From NCBI GenBank assembly GCA_016784545.1, contig JADHUM010000006.1:2142-66141 (forward strand): a stretch of DNA of 64,000 bases, in the 5' to 3' direction. Position 1 is the stretch's first letter. The number at the start of each line of letters is the position of its first letter. This DNA is from Fidelibacterota bacterium (GTDB lineage Bacteria > Fidelibacterota > UBA8477 > JABMPR01). Shown here piece after piece: positions 46,059 to 55,550 of this stretch. Both the position numbers and the translations under genes were made by a program. The notes under the pieces are model-generated. The model was not told where the DNA came from. It searched no databases and saw only the letters and a program-made list of their open reading frames with translations.

Positions 46059-47270
46059 CTATTTTTCAAGCACTGAAGACAAAACCTGTTTGAAAGTGTC
46101 ATAGATATCTTTTTTGACCTCGGGCAACTTTAGAGCGATGGTCTTGGATAGCGCAGTGCGTTGTTTCCAGAGCTCATCAAATTTTTGTTGGAGGGAGTCC
46201 AGCTCAAGTTTATCGACGGGCATATCCCATTCCTCCATACCAAACAGTCCCAGAACACCTCGATATTTATGATGCCAACCAATGGAGATCGTTGGTTTCT
46301 CAAGTGAGAGTGCTGCAATGACAGTATGATATCTGGAGGCAACCACCACACTGGATTGCGCTACAACCCCCTTTATTTGCATGGCAGTTAGACCTGTGGG
46401 ATCGATAAGTATGCATTTCTCACTGGCAACCAGATCGTTAATTTTTTGTGCGATCCTTAAATCATTATCTTCAGGTACAATGGCATTTGGCAACAGGGTA
46501 ACGCTGATTTCATATGTGTCTATTACCTGCTTGATAAATTTTGAAATAATGTCCAGGTAGGATTGTTCATCAGTTGCTCTACTGGTAGCTTGATGACTCA
46601 CCGAGACCAGCACATTGCCCTTTGATGTACCAGAGAATAGTGGTGGAATCTCTTCGAAAGGGAGTAAAAATGCTGTATCTGCTGTGAGGTATACATCTGT
46701 CACAACGCCAATCTTTTTCAGTTCATTGAAGGACTTCTCATCGCGTGTCATGACTTTGTTAACACAATGCTTCAGGTAGAAGTATGCAAGTCGTCTATTC
46801 CACTTCAAATTAAAGGGTCCCAGCGCAGCTGTTGCTTTAACCACTGGAATGCCATAAATCTTTCCCAGGAGCAATCTCAGGCCTTCTCTGAAACGATTGA
46901 TTAAGGTATTCTTTCCCAGGAAATCTGTAAACATGATTCCCCAGACATCTACTATGACATCGGCATCTTTAAGGGCCAAATGGGATTTTTTATAGGCGGT
47001 AAATGGGAAAAATCTAATTATTCTGTAGAACAATCCACCAAGAGCGAGAAAGTTTTCTTCCAGGGGAAGTACGTCTGCCCCATAGAGGTGCTGTTCTTGT
47101 TGGTCTTTTGCATATTCTCCAGCCTGGGTGAAATATTTAAATTCCACATCCTCACGGTAGTTTCGAATGGCCTTTTCAGTACTCACATAAAGTGATGGAC
47201 CACCCAAATTGGAATTTAATCTAGCTCCCATTATCACAACTTTTAAAGTCACGATACGCTCCCTTTTCAA
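46059..47270 (-). CDS. Polysaccharide pyruvyl transferase family protein (WcaK/AmsJ-like)
   Basis: NSNLGG, GIMFTD, LGPF, MTRDEKS, TADTAFLL, VASRYH, GWHHKYRGV. Confidence 0.82.
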   Translation of the reverse strand: MKRERIVTLKVVIMGARLNSNLGGPSLYVSTEKAIRNYREDVEFKYFTQAGEYAKDQQEQHLYGADVLPLEENFLALGGLFYRIIRFFPFTAYKKSHLALKDADVIVDVWGIMFTDFLGKNTLINRFREGLRLLLGKIYGIPVVKATAALGPFNLKWNRRLAYFYLKHCVNKVMTRDEKSFNELKKIGVVTDVYLTADTAFLLPFEEIPPLFSGTSKGNVLVSVSHQATSRATDEQSYLDIISKFIKQVIDTYEISVTLLPNAIVPEDNDLRIAQKINDLVASEKCILIDPTGLTAMQIKGVVAQSSVVVASRYHTVIAALSLEKPTISIGWHHKYRGVLGLFGMEEWDMPVDKLELDSLQQKFDELWKQRTALSKTIALKLPEVKKDIYDTFKQVLSSVLEK

Positions 47271-47274
47271 ACTT

Positions 47275-48585
47275 TTATAAAAGATTTCCTAATTTAAGTA
47301 ACACCCTTCGACTGAACTGCACCAGTGGAAGGAATTTAAGCGTCGTTCTATTCTTTGGGATAAAACTCATAATGTGAAAACCAAGGTTCCACATATAGCG
47401 AAAGTGGGTGGTCTGTTCTTTCCCGATGTAGTGAGGGGTGGCTTTCCCGAGAAAGTTGAGTGCCTTTAACCGGGATTGAGCCCCATTTTTAAAATCCACA
47501 TTCTGACTTCTGGCGACTTCCTCTGGATCGGCTTCTTCCAGGGCAATTGCACCCATTTTTACGGCAAGCTTCAACAATTCGTCCCCGATTTTATTCCTTA
47601 CCACCAGCATGGATTTGCCCACTTTTTCTTTGGCAATAAATTTTTTATTCCAGGGGTCAGCAAAAGAAATGTCTGCTAATTCGGCTGTGAGATCATTACA
47701 GGTAAAGCAGCGGGGTAATTGAAAATCATAGTGAAAAGCAGAGGAAAATACAGCACGTCGCTTTTTATCTTTTTCAGTGGTTCCTCTTTTGATGGTTTTC
47801 TTCTCGCCGTTTTTCATTTTCAAAGAAAACATCCCTGGCCATCCCATGCCCCGATAACGCAATTGGGAGACATCCTCAGGATTTATTTCATTCTTTTTTA
47901 AGAAATATTCAGTGCCATGAAAGGAATTGGTATTTGCGCAGTATAAGCCAAAATGATAGAGAATTTTGCTTTTGAGGCGTGGGTTGATTTTCTCAAGTTT
48001 TCGCACGCCGTGCAGGTGACAGGGTAGTCCTACTACGGCATATCGACCTTCTGAATTCGCGATCTCTGTGAGGGCATCACCCAGGTGGGCCGGGCAATAT
48101 TTAGAACCTGCCGCCGCTCTAACTTCTTCACTGGTTCTAGCGATAACCCCGCGTGGCTCTAAACCAGTATCCATGGTAATTACGGCCACACCCTCAATGA
48201 GCTTCTGTTCCAGGGCAAAAATAAGCAGAGATGTGACAACACCGCCAGAGCTGGATGTAAATCTTACGTCATGATCCATGGCATGGGAGTAATAACATTT
48301 GTCATAATTCCCAAGAATGGGTGAATGTTTGGTGCCCTCAATAAATTTCTGGGATAGTTTAGTAAAATTAACCTCTACTCCAGGGCATACGATAACACAT
48401 TTACCAACTTTTGATTCCTCGCAAAAATCACAAATGGACTCGTCAATAATTGGTATAAACATCCCACTTTTTTTATCGTTGACAATTGTGATTGCATCCA
48501 CATGGCAGGAAGGTTGGCAAATGCCGCAACTCATGCATAAATCAGAGCTAACTACAGTGGTGACAGTACGATGATCCCTGAGCAT
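47275..48585 (-). CDS. Coenzyme F420 hydrogenase/dehydrogenase beta-subunit-like (FrhB family) Fe-S protein
   Basis: CMSCGICQPSC, CDFC..KCVIVCP, SSGGVVTSL, AAGSKYC, VGLPCHL, GLYC, YRGMGWPG, RCFTC.D...ADISFAD. Confidence 0.88.
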   Translation of the reverse strand: MLRDHRTVTTVVSSDLCMSCGICQPSCHVDAITIVNDKKSGMFIPIIDESICDFCEESKVGKCVIVCPGVEVNFTKLSQKFIEGTKHSPILGNYDKCYYSHAMDHDVRFTSSSGGVVTSLLIFALEQKLIEGVAVITMDTGLEPRGVIARTSEEVRAAAGSKYCPAHLGDALTEIANSEGRYAVVGLPCHLHGVRKLEKINPRLKSKILYHFGLYCANTNSFHGTEYFLKKNEINPEDVSQLRYRGMGWPGMFSLKMKNGEKKTIKRGTTEKDKKRRAVFSSAFHYDFQLPRCFTCNDLTAELADISFADPWNKKFIAKEKVGKSMLVVRNKIGDELLKLAVKMGAIALEEADPEEVARSQNVDFKNGAQSRLKALNFLGKATPHYIGKEQTTHFRYMWNLGFHIMSFIPKNRTTLKFLPLVQFSRRVLLKLGNLL

Positions 48586-48590
48586 AATTA

Positions 48591-49853
48591 TCAGGTACTT
48601 TTCGGGATATTTGATCCCCTCGCGAAGGTGAAGATAAAGGGTAGCATCAGTAAATAATATACAGCCATAACAAGGGCATAAATATTAATAAAGGTGGAAA
48701 ATGCAAGGTCAAAGTAGTCAACCATTCCCAGAGAGATGACGGTCAAAGTTAAAAATCCAACCTGCCAGGCCAGAGATATGTACTGCTTATTGAATATATT
48801 ATTGATAGCGCTTAATGGGGAAACCACAAATTTTGCTGCCATCATAGGAATCAGGTACCTGGCATACAATCCAGCCTGTGCCCAATTTTGGCCAAACACG
48901 ATTACAAACAAATCCTGAATGATGAAATGCAGGAATCCAAATCCTACAATACTGAGCAAGGATAATTTCCAGAAGGTTGATTTTAGTGTTTTTTGAGCGC
49001 TGCCTGTTTCATTCTTCTCGCTAGTGGCCTCCTGGAAAAACACCTGACCGATTGAATTGCCCAGAAAACTCATGGGTAGGATCAGGATGCGATTGGCAAA
49101 AGAATAATACCCAAGCAAAGCTATGGAGAATATTGATGAAATTGAAATATTCAGCACATTTTGAGTCAACGTGTTTGAAAGGACGGCGGCCACTGAAAAC
49201 TGAGGGAATCGTTTATATCTTTTTAGCAATATTTTTGTTGAACTCAGCGCTGGGAAAGAGAGCCGAAGCATGCGTCCCCTGAGATTGGTGAATAGCGCTA
49301 CAATTTGAGTCAGGCTTCCCAGTATTTGGCCAAGAATTAGGCCCAACGCATCGCCCTTCAAGGTACCTGCAATCAGCTGAACACTACCATTGACCATTGA
49401 TTTAATAACTGAGACTTTTGATAGAAGGGAAAACGCATTAAGTCGGGTGGCCAGGATGTTTAAGATATTAAATGTTGCCAGAATAAAGGTCAGAAGTGGC
49501 GTAAAATAGATATAGGTAGTCAATGCCTGATTGTTAATGGTATTCATTATTATAGGATGAAAGAGAATAATAGCCAGTAGCATAAGGACACTACTAATCG
49601 CCGCTAATGTCCATGATATAACAGTCAGATGCATGGCCTCTTCATCTGTATCGGGCAACATTATGGCTTGCTCATATCTGCCGCTAGATATGACAGATAT
49701 CAAGGTTGCAATAGAAAGGAAAAGTGCCAGAATACCGAAATCTTCAGGGCTGTATATCCGGGTTAAAATAGGGCTGATTAAAAGTGGGATTGCTTGCCCG
49801 ATACTGACCCCAGTTGCAAGGGTCAGGACATTTTTGTTAAAACTTGATTTCAC
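48591..49853 (-). CDS. wzx: Wzx-type oligosaccharide flippase
   Basis: NVLTLATG..Q.I.L...PILTRIYSPEDFG, GRYEQAI, RYKRFP, many TMs, W..AG.YAR. Confidence 0.85.
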   Translation of the reverse strand: MKSSFNKNVLTLATGVSIGQAIPLLISPILTRIYSPEDFGILALFLSIATLISVISSGRYEQAIMLPDTDEEAMHLTVISWTLAAISSVLMLLAIILFHPIIMNTINNQALTTYIYFTPLLTFILATFNILNILATRLNAFSLLSKVSVIKSMVNGSVQLIAGTLKGDALGLILGQILGSLTQIVALFTNLRGRMLRLSFPALSSTKILLKRYKRFPQFSVAAVLSNTLTQNVLNISISSIFSIALLGYYSFANRILILPMSFLGNSIGQVFFQEATSEKNETGSAQKTLKSTFWKLSLLSIVGFGFLHFIIQDLFVIVFGQNWAQAGLYARYLIPMMAAKFVVSPLSAINNIFNKQYISLAWQVGFLTLTVISLGMVDYFDLAFSTFINIYALVMAVYYLLMLPFIFTFARGSNIPKST

Positions 49854-50980
49854 GCCTGTTTCCTCGACAGTTCTCTTTGAATGGTCCTTTGCATATTCAG
49901 AGAAATCTCATCCCAACTATTTCCCCTGGCCAAATCTAGCGATAGTTCTGGTTGATGGTTCTCAGAGGCAGATCGTATCTGCGAAACAAATTCAGCATGT
50001 GATCTCCCTACAAAGATGATCTCACGTAAGGCCTCAATTGTGGATGAATAATTCATGGAAACCACTGCTTTTCCAGCAGCACTGTACTCATAAAGTTTAT
50101 TCGGATTCAACGGTCTGGTTAATTCATCAACCACAAATGGGATGAGGGCAATATTAAATGTCTGTACATAGGCGGGTAAATCCTGATAACTGACCTTCCC
50201 CAGATAGGATAGGTTGTCCAGTCCTTTAAATGCTGGCTGATTTTCAAACCATCCCGGTCGGATTTCAGGCCCAATGAGGATAATTTCATGATCGGTATAT
50301 GCTCTGCAAACCTCTCGAATTAATTCCGAGTCCAGCCAATCCATGGCTCCGGCATACCCAAGAATGGGTTTGGTAATACTTTTGAGGCGATCTGGTCGAG
50401 GTTGCAATGTAGAGAAATGCTCAAAGTCCACCCCATTCCCCAGCAAGTGAATATTTTGGGCTCCCAAACTCTCAATGCTATTACTGATTTCGGGACTCAC
50501 AGAGAAGCAGAGATCAGCTACACTAAGATAGGTCTTCAGATATTCTTCTAACCAGCTTGGATTTCCTGGGAAATCAAGATGGGCATCATTGGCATCATAG
50601 AAATGCAGAGTTGCTCTTTGCCTGGCTGCAACCTTACCCCAGAAAACAGAACTGAGACCAATGACGCGGTTACGGCCAGAGAATCCCAGTAAGCCTGAGA
50701 TGAACTTAAAATAGAGAGCTCCTGCTATCCCGAATACCCACCGCACAGGTCTGAAATTTAAAAGACTTGATATAAGGGGTTGAGGAATGGTTTTTAAAAA
50801 TGGTACGGTTATTACAGTAATGTTTCCATGTCGTTTGGGAAACCAGTGTTGACGCTTCCCTAAAACGAAGGGTTCAATGAACAGAATTTTTATATCCGCA
50901 GGGAAACGATTTAGAATCTGTTGTTTCCTGGTGACCAGATAGTCCCACTTGATTTCAGAGAACCAGATCAAGCGTTTCAT
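49850..50980 (-). CDS. GT-B glycosyltransferase (GT4-like); start probably ATG 50980
   Basis: RKQQIL, NGVDFEHF, LGYAGAMD, LGKVSY, NPNKLYEYSAAGKAVVS. Confidence 0.85.
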   Translation of the reverse strand: MKRLIWFSEIKWDYLVTRKQQILNRFPADIKILFIEPFVLGKRQHWFPKRHGNITVITVPFLKTIPQPLISSLLNFRPVRWVFGIAGALYFKFISGLLGFSGRNRVIGLSSVFWGKVAARQRATLHFYDANDAHLDFPGNPSWLEEYLKTYLSVADLCFSVSPEISNSIESLGAQNIHLLGNGVDFEHFSTLQPRPDRLKSITKPILGYAGAMDWLDSELIREVCRAYTDHEIILIGPEIRPGWFENQPAFKGLDNLSYLGKVSYQDLPAYVQTFNIALIPFVVDELTRPLNPNKLYEYSAAGKAVVSMNYSSTIEALREIIFVGRSHAEFVSQIRSASENHQPELSLDLARGNSWDEISLNMQRTIQRELSRKQA

Positions 50981-50987
50981 GGGAGCA

Positions 50988-51851
50988 TCAACTTTCTGCA
51001 CTGGTACTGTTTCCATTAGCTGTTCGATTTTTTAGATAAATGAACGCATATTTAAAGCTGAGAAGAATTTGAGAGACTAGGATCGTAGCCCACTGGTACC
51101 ATTTTGCATGCGTAGCAATAATTCTTAATAAACCATCAAGTTTTCTTTTCAATTTAGAGAATGCAAATTCACCACCGATAGATGCTGAAACCTTATGATA
51201 TATTTTGCTCTCAGGTACAAACAATAGCTCATATCCGGCTGCTCTGGTTCGCAGTGAAAGATCCACGTCCTCCCCATACATCTTGAATGATAGATCAAAT
51301 CCACCCAGTTCAACAGCTAATTTGGTTGGCATCATCAGACAGCAACCCGTGATGTAATCTGTTATCTTAGGATTACCCTCAAGAGTTGACACATTTTTTC
51401 TAATATATCGATGCTCTACAACTCCCGTCCACAAGTTGATGTTTCCCCCACCATACCAAATGATATCTGGTACCGCAGAATAGCACATAAGCGGTGCCAC
51501 CATACCAACTGCTTTTGAATAATCAAATCCTGCCAGCAACGGTTCAAGAAAATCGGGTTCCACCGTCGTGTCATTATTCAAAAAGATGACGTACTCAAAA
51601 CCATGTTTTTGAGCCCATTCAAGGCCAGCATTATTTCCGCCTCCATAGAACAAATTTGACTCAAGCTCAATGATTTTAACGTCACTAAACTGCTTCTGAA
51701 TGCGTGGGACTGAATCATCAGTGGATCCATTGTCAATAACGACGATTTCAGCATTGGAATAGGTCACCTTTTGTAGTGATTGAACACACCCTATGGTGTC
51801 ATCTGCCCCATTCCAATTCAGGACGAGAATACAAATCCTTGGTTCAGGCAT
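50988..51851 (-). CDS. GT2 family glycosyltransferase (rhamnosyltransferase-like)
   Basis: LNWNG, IDNGSTD, NLFYGGGNN, FLNNDT, TGCCL, YGEDVDLSLR, IYHKVSAS. Confidence 0.9.
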   Translation of the reverse strand: MPEPRICILVLNWNGADDTIGCVQSLQKVTYSNAEIVVIDNGSTDDSVPRIQKQFSDVKIIELESNLFYGGGNNAGLEWAQKHGFEYVIFLNNDTTVEPDFLEPLLAGFDYSKAVGMVAPLMCYSAVPDIIWYGGGNINLWTGVVEHRYIRKNVSTLEGNPKITDYITGCCLMMPTKLAVELGGFDLSFKMYGEDVDLSLRTRAAGYELLFVPESKIYHKVSASIGGEFAFSKLKRKLDGLLRIIATHAKWYQWATILVSQILLSFKYAFIYLKNRTANGNSTSAES

Positions 51852-52968
51852 TTTGTAGATCCTGTATTAGCCGAGAACAAAAACTTTGAGTAGAATATTG
51901 AGATTTTGTGGCTTTGATATTTTCAGTCATTCTATCCTGATCCTCCTGAAGGAAAAATCTCAAAATAGTCTGGCCCAGAGCTTCAGGATTCTCTGGTTCC
52001 ACCAGATATCCTGTCTCTCCCTCCTGTATATATTCTCCCAACCCTCCAACTTTTGTGGCGATGACGGGGCGATCCATCTGGAGCGCGATTCCAACAATTC
52101 CACTTTGGGTTGCAGAACGATATGGTAAAACCAGGACATCAGCTGCTGTGAAATAAAGTGGAAGCTCACTATCGGAAATAAATTCATTGCGAAATATGGT
52201 ATATGATGAAATCCCCTCAGATTTAATCAGGTCCACATATTTTTGTGAATCCTCATAGGCTTCACCTAGAATGAGAGCGGTATAATCATCAAATTCGTGT
52301 TTAATGGCCCCCAGGGCTTTTATCATTATATCCAGGCCCTTATAGGGACGGATGAGACCAAAGTAGAGCACGATGGGATGTTGGGGCAAGTTTAGTTTTG
52401 CCCTTGCTTCAGCTTTGGTATGGCTGGATCGATATATTTCATAGAGGGGATGAAAGAGGGTCGATGTCTTCATTCCCGGATGATGTGTCTGGACATCCTG
52501 TGAAACCGATTTGGACATGGTGATTACATGGTCTACCCGGCCTAAAATTCTGCAGGCCATCCAAGAATCCAGAAAGGATTCCTCGTGGGGAACCAAATTG
52601 TCGATAAGAACGGCAACTTTAATAGATTTTTTGCGCAACTTTCCTGCGATGTAGCCAATGAGGGGGGCAAAAAACGGATTCCAGTAGCGGAAGATCGCCC
52701 ATTCAGAATCGAATTCCCTTATCTGCTTAACTGCCTTAATCCAAGTAAGCGGGTTAATGGAATCGATGATTCGTTTTGACTGAAAATCTGAAGCCCGATC
52801 TCCAATTTTATATTCTGTTTTCCCGGGGAAAAGAATTGAAGGATATTGACGCTTGAAATTGATGAACTGGACCTGGTGGTCTTTACTCAATTCCTCGTAA
52901 ATTAGTGCACTTAGATCGGATATACCCCCGCGATACGGCGGACCAACGCTGATTAAAGAGAGTCGCAC
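51844..52968 (-). CDS. GT4 family glycosyltransferase
   Basis: PPYRGGI, YFGLIRPYKGLD, VLPYRSATQSGI, ATKVGGLGE. Confidence 0.9.
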   Translation of the reverse strand: MRLSLISVGPPYRGGISDLSALIYEELSKDHQVQFINFKRQYPSILFPGKTEYKIGDRASDFQSKRIIDSINPLTWIKAVKQIREFDSEWAIFRYWNPFFAPLIGYIAGKLRKKSIKVAVLIDNLVPHEESFLDSWMACRILGRVDHVITMSKSVSQDVQTHHPGMKTSTLFHPLYEIYRSSHTKAEARAKLNLPQHPIVLYFGLIRPYKGLDIMIKALGAIKHEFDDYTALILGEAYEDSQKYVDLIKSEGISSYTIFRNEFISDSELPLYFTAADVLVLPYRSATQSGIVGIALQMDRPVIATKVGGLGEYIQEGETGYLVEPENPEALGQTILRFFLQEDQDRMTENIKATKSQYSTQSFCSRLIQDLQNA

Positions 52969-52980
52969 AGAAAATTAAGA

Positions 52981-53919
52981 TCAGTCATCACCGCGGATGA
53001 CAGGATTCTCCTTATGGAGTGAGCTGGTTATGAGCTCACCCAAGAGCCCCATGGAAATAAACTGGCCTCCGATAATGGAGAGTAGCATGCCAATGTAAAA
53101 AATTGGACGACCTCCAATCCATTGCCCAGTCCCGAATAAATACTGGCGAAACCACTGAAAACTCAGGAAAGCAAGAATCGCCATTCCCAGGACAAGCAAT
53201 AACATTCCTGCCAATCCAAAGAAATGCATGGGTTTACGCATGTATGTACCCAGGAACATGACTGTAAACAAATCCAGATACCCGGTAAATAGCCGTTTTA
53301 TTCCGTATTTGGATTCACCGTATTTTCTAGCCCTGTGGGAAACCACTTTTTCTGTGCAAGTGAAACCTTTTTGCTTTGCCAGAACTGGAATGTAGCGATG
53401 CATCTCTCCATAGAGTTCAATATTTTTAACCACTTTGCGGGTATAAGCCTTAAGCCCACAATTAAAGTCGTGAATGGGGATACCCGAGAGGGTTGAAACT
53501 GTAAAATTATATAGTTTGGAGGGCCACCTCTTTCCAATGGGATCGTGACGGACTTTTTTCCAACCGGACACCATATCCCAACCAGAATCGAGGATGGCGA
53601 TGAGCTCCAGAACTTCGTTTGGATCGTCTTGCAGGTCAGCATCCATGGTAATCACATAATCACCTTCACATTTTTGAAACCCCGTGTTTAAAGCCGTGGC
53701 TTTTCCATGATTTCGCTGAAATCCAATAGTTTTTACTCTGGGGTCTTGACTGCTAAGTTCGTGCATGATTTGGAGCGATTTGTCCTGACTGCCATCATCA
53801 ATAAACAATATCTCAAATTCATGAGTTGATGGTTCCAGCGCTTCCCTGATTTGCTTATACAGTTCAACGAGTGATTCTTCTTCATTGTAAACGGGAATAA
53901 CCAGGCTGATTAAACTCAA
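52981..53919 (-). CDS. GT2 polyprenol-phosphate glycosyltransferase (ArnC/DPM1-like) with two C-terminal TMs
   Basis: VIPVYNEE, DDGS.D, RNHGKATAL, TMDADLQDDP, HDFNCGLKAY, HRARKYGESKY. Confidence 0.9.
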   Translation of the reverse strand: MSLISLVIPVYNEEESLVELYKQIREALEPSTHEFEILFIDDGSQDKSLQIMHELSSQDPRVKTIGFQRNHGKATALNTGFQKCEGDYVITMDADLQDDPNEVLELIAILDSGWDMVSGWKKVRHDPIGKRWPSKLYNFTVSTLSGIPIHDFNCGLKAYTRKVVKNIELYGEMHRYIPVLAKQKGFTCTEKVVSHRARKYGESKYGIKRLFTGYLDLFTVMFLGTYMRKPMHFFGLAGMLLLVLGMAILAFLSFQWFRQYLFGTGQWIGGRPIFYIGMLLSIIGGQFISMGLLGELITSSLHKENPVIRGDD

Positions 53920-53992
53920 TGTGCTTTCCTTCTGGTAATCATTTCTTCAATATTTGGAACATCATTTTTGTGTTTAAGTTCCCGACTCTCAC

Positions 53993-55546
53993 TCATTTTA
54001 GCTTATCGGCACGCATATAGTAGATATAAGCCTCATTCGACTTTCCAAGATACTCTAAAACGTCTCCCATATGCATTAAAACCTCTGCATTGTCAGGGTT
54101 GATGGTGAGGGACCGATCAATGAATTCGCGGGCAAGTTGAACGTGGCCCAGTTTAAAATAGATCCAGCCTGCTGTATCCAGGTAGGGAGCATTATCGGGT
54201 TGGAGCACGAGTGCCCGTTCGACAAATTCAGCAGCATGCCTCAAGGTGTCTTCACCGACCTCCCCCTCTGTTATCAAATATGCATAATTGTTCAGGGCTA
54301 GATCATCCTCCGGATTGATTTCGATCAGTTGAAGATAGGTCTGGAGCACCTCTTCTCGACGACCGAAAAGCTCAAGTGTATTGGCAATTAAGTGGAGGGT
54401 TTGCTGATCGCCAGGTCTAAGCTTTAACGCAGCTCTCTGTGCATCGAGGGCAGCCTGGTAGTTTACAGAATCACCATAAGTTACTGCTATGTCATGCATG
54501 ATGCTTCCCATAAGTCGGTGCAAAAAGAAATCTTCTGGAAAAGCCGGGAGGTAATTGGCCAAAACTTCACGAGCTTGTTGAACATCATCCACATCCAGAT
54601 AGGTCCATACCAACATGGACACTGCATTTGCCAATTCAGGTTTGATTTCAATAATTTCGGAAAGCAGTGAACGAGCAGTTGTAGACTCCCCTGCATCGAT
54701 TAATAGTTGGCTCAGTTTCAATTTCAATTCCCAGGCGTCAGGATACTCATCTACGACATCGGTGAGATAATCAATGGCTGCCATTTCACCATGCATGACC
54801 TTAACCAAATCGGTTTTCATGCTTTGCAGGTCCATTGAATAGGGAGCGACGTCTATGAGCGAATCCATGAGGGCTTCAGCCTCAAAGAATTGATTCATAC
54901 CCAGGAATAATCTGATTTGTCGACCCACCAGATCCGTTTTTGTCGGCATCCGTTTTATCAGTTTGCTGTATAACTCAGTGATTTTGCCATAGTCATTAGC
55001 CGCAAGGAAAATGGATTCGGCTCGTTGCAAGGCAGCAATACGATCCGTATCCAATTCCCAGAGGCGGATGAGAAATTCTGCCTCACGGATGGAATCACCT
55101 AGCACATGATAAATCTGAGCTGATTGAAGAATTGCATAATCATTGTTGTACTCAATGTCGAGGATACGTTCAAAGTAACCCAGTGCCAGATCATGCTCCT
55201 TGTTCAGCTGGGATATCTCCCCCAATAATTCCAGGGCTTCAAGATTTCGAGGATCATATTTAATTACGTTAAGTAGAGAGGCATGGGCTAATTCCTTCTG
55301 TTTGGTCTGGAGATAAAGCTTGGCCAGTGAAAAATGAATATCAACCGCTCTGGGATCATAGCTGATGGCTCTTTTATATGCCATGATAGCCTGATCATAT
55401 TTTCCAGCAGCTTCCAGATCAATTCCGTCCATGAAGGCATCAATGGCACGAGTATCATAGGTCTTGGGAGAATCATCACCGAAGAGAGATGAAATCAGCA
55501 TAAATACGATTATCGTTACGATTCTGCCCATGGTCCGTTTTCGCAT
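53993..55546 (-). CDS. Tetratricopeptide-repeat protein, probably exported; start reassigned to ATG 55546
   Basis: Hydrophobic N-terminus, repeated TPR helices, LNNYAY..A..L.LQPDNAPYLDTAGWIYFK. Confidence 0.85.
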   Translation of the reverse strand: MRKRTMGRIVTIIVFMLISSLFGDDSPKTYDTRAIDAFMDGIDLEAAGKYDQAIMAYKRAISYDPRAVDIHFSLAKLYLQTKQKELAHASLLNVIKYDPRNLEALELLGEISQLNKEHDLALGYFERILDIEYNNDYAILQSAQIYHVLGDSIREAEFLIRLWELDTDRIAALQRAESIFLAANDYGKITELYSKLIKRMPTKTDLVGRQIRLFLGMNQFFEAEALMDSLIDVAPYSMDLQSMKTDLVKVMHGEMAAIDYLTDVVDEYPDAWELKLKLSQLLIDAGESTTARSLLSEIIEIKPELANAVSMLVWTYLDVDDVQQAREVLANYLPAFPEDFFLHRLMGSIMHDIAVTYGDSVNYQAALDAQRAALKLRPGDQQTLHLIANTLELFGRREEVLQTYLQLIEINPEDDLALNNYAYLITEGEVGEDTLRHAAEFVERALVLQPDNAPYLDTAGWIYFKLGHVQLAREFIDRSLTINPDNAEVLMHMGDVLEYLGKSNEAYIYYMRADKLK

Positions 55547-55550
55547 AATT

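Noticed and set aside
47275-48585. Evidence for methanogenesis or F420 hydrogenase metabolism
   Set aside because: No frhA, frhG or F420 genes; the gene is embedded between wzx and a pyruvyltransferase
41902-54000. JUMPStart/ops element for the glycan operon
   Set aside because: No GGCGGTAG-type ops sequence noticed in the intergenic regions around these genes
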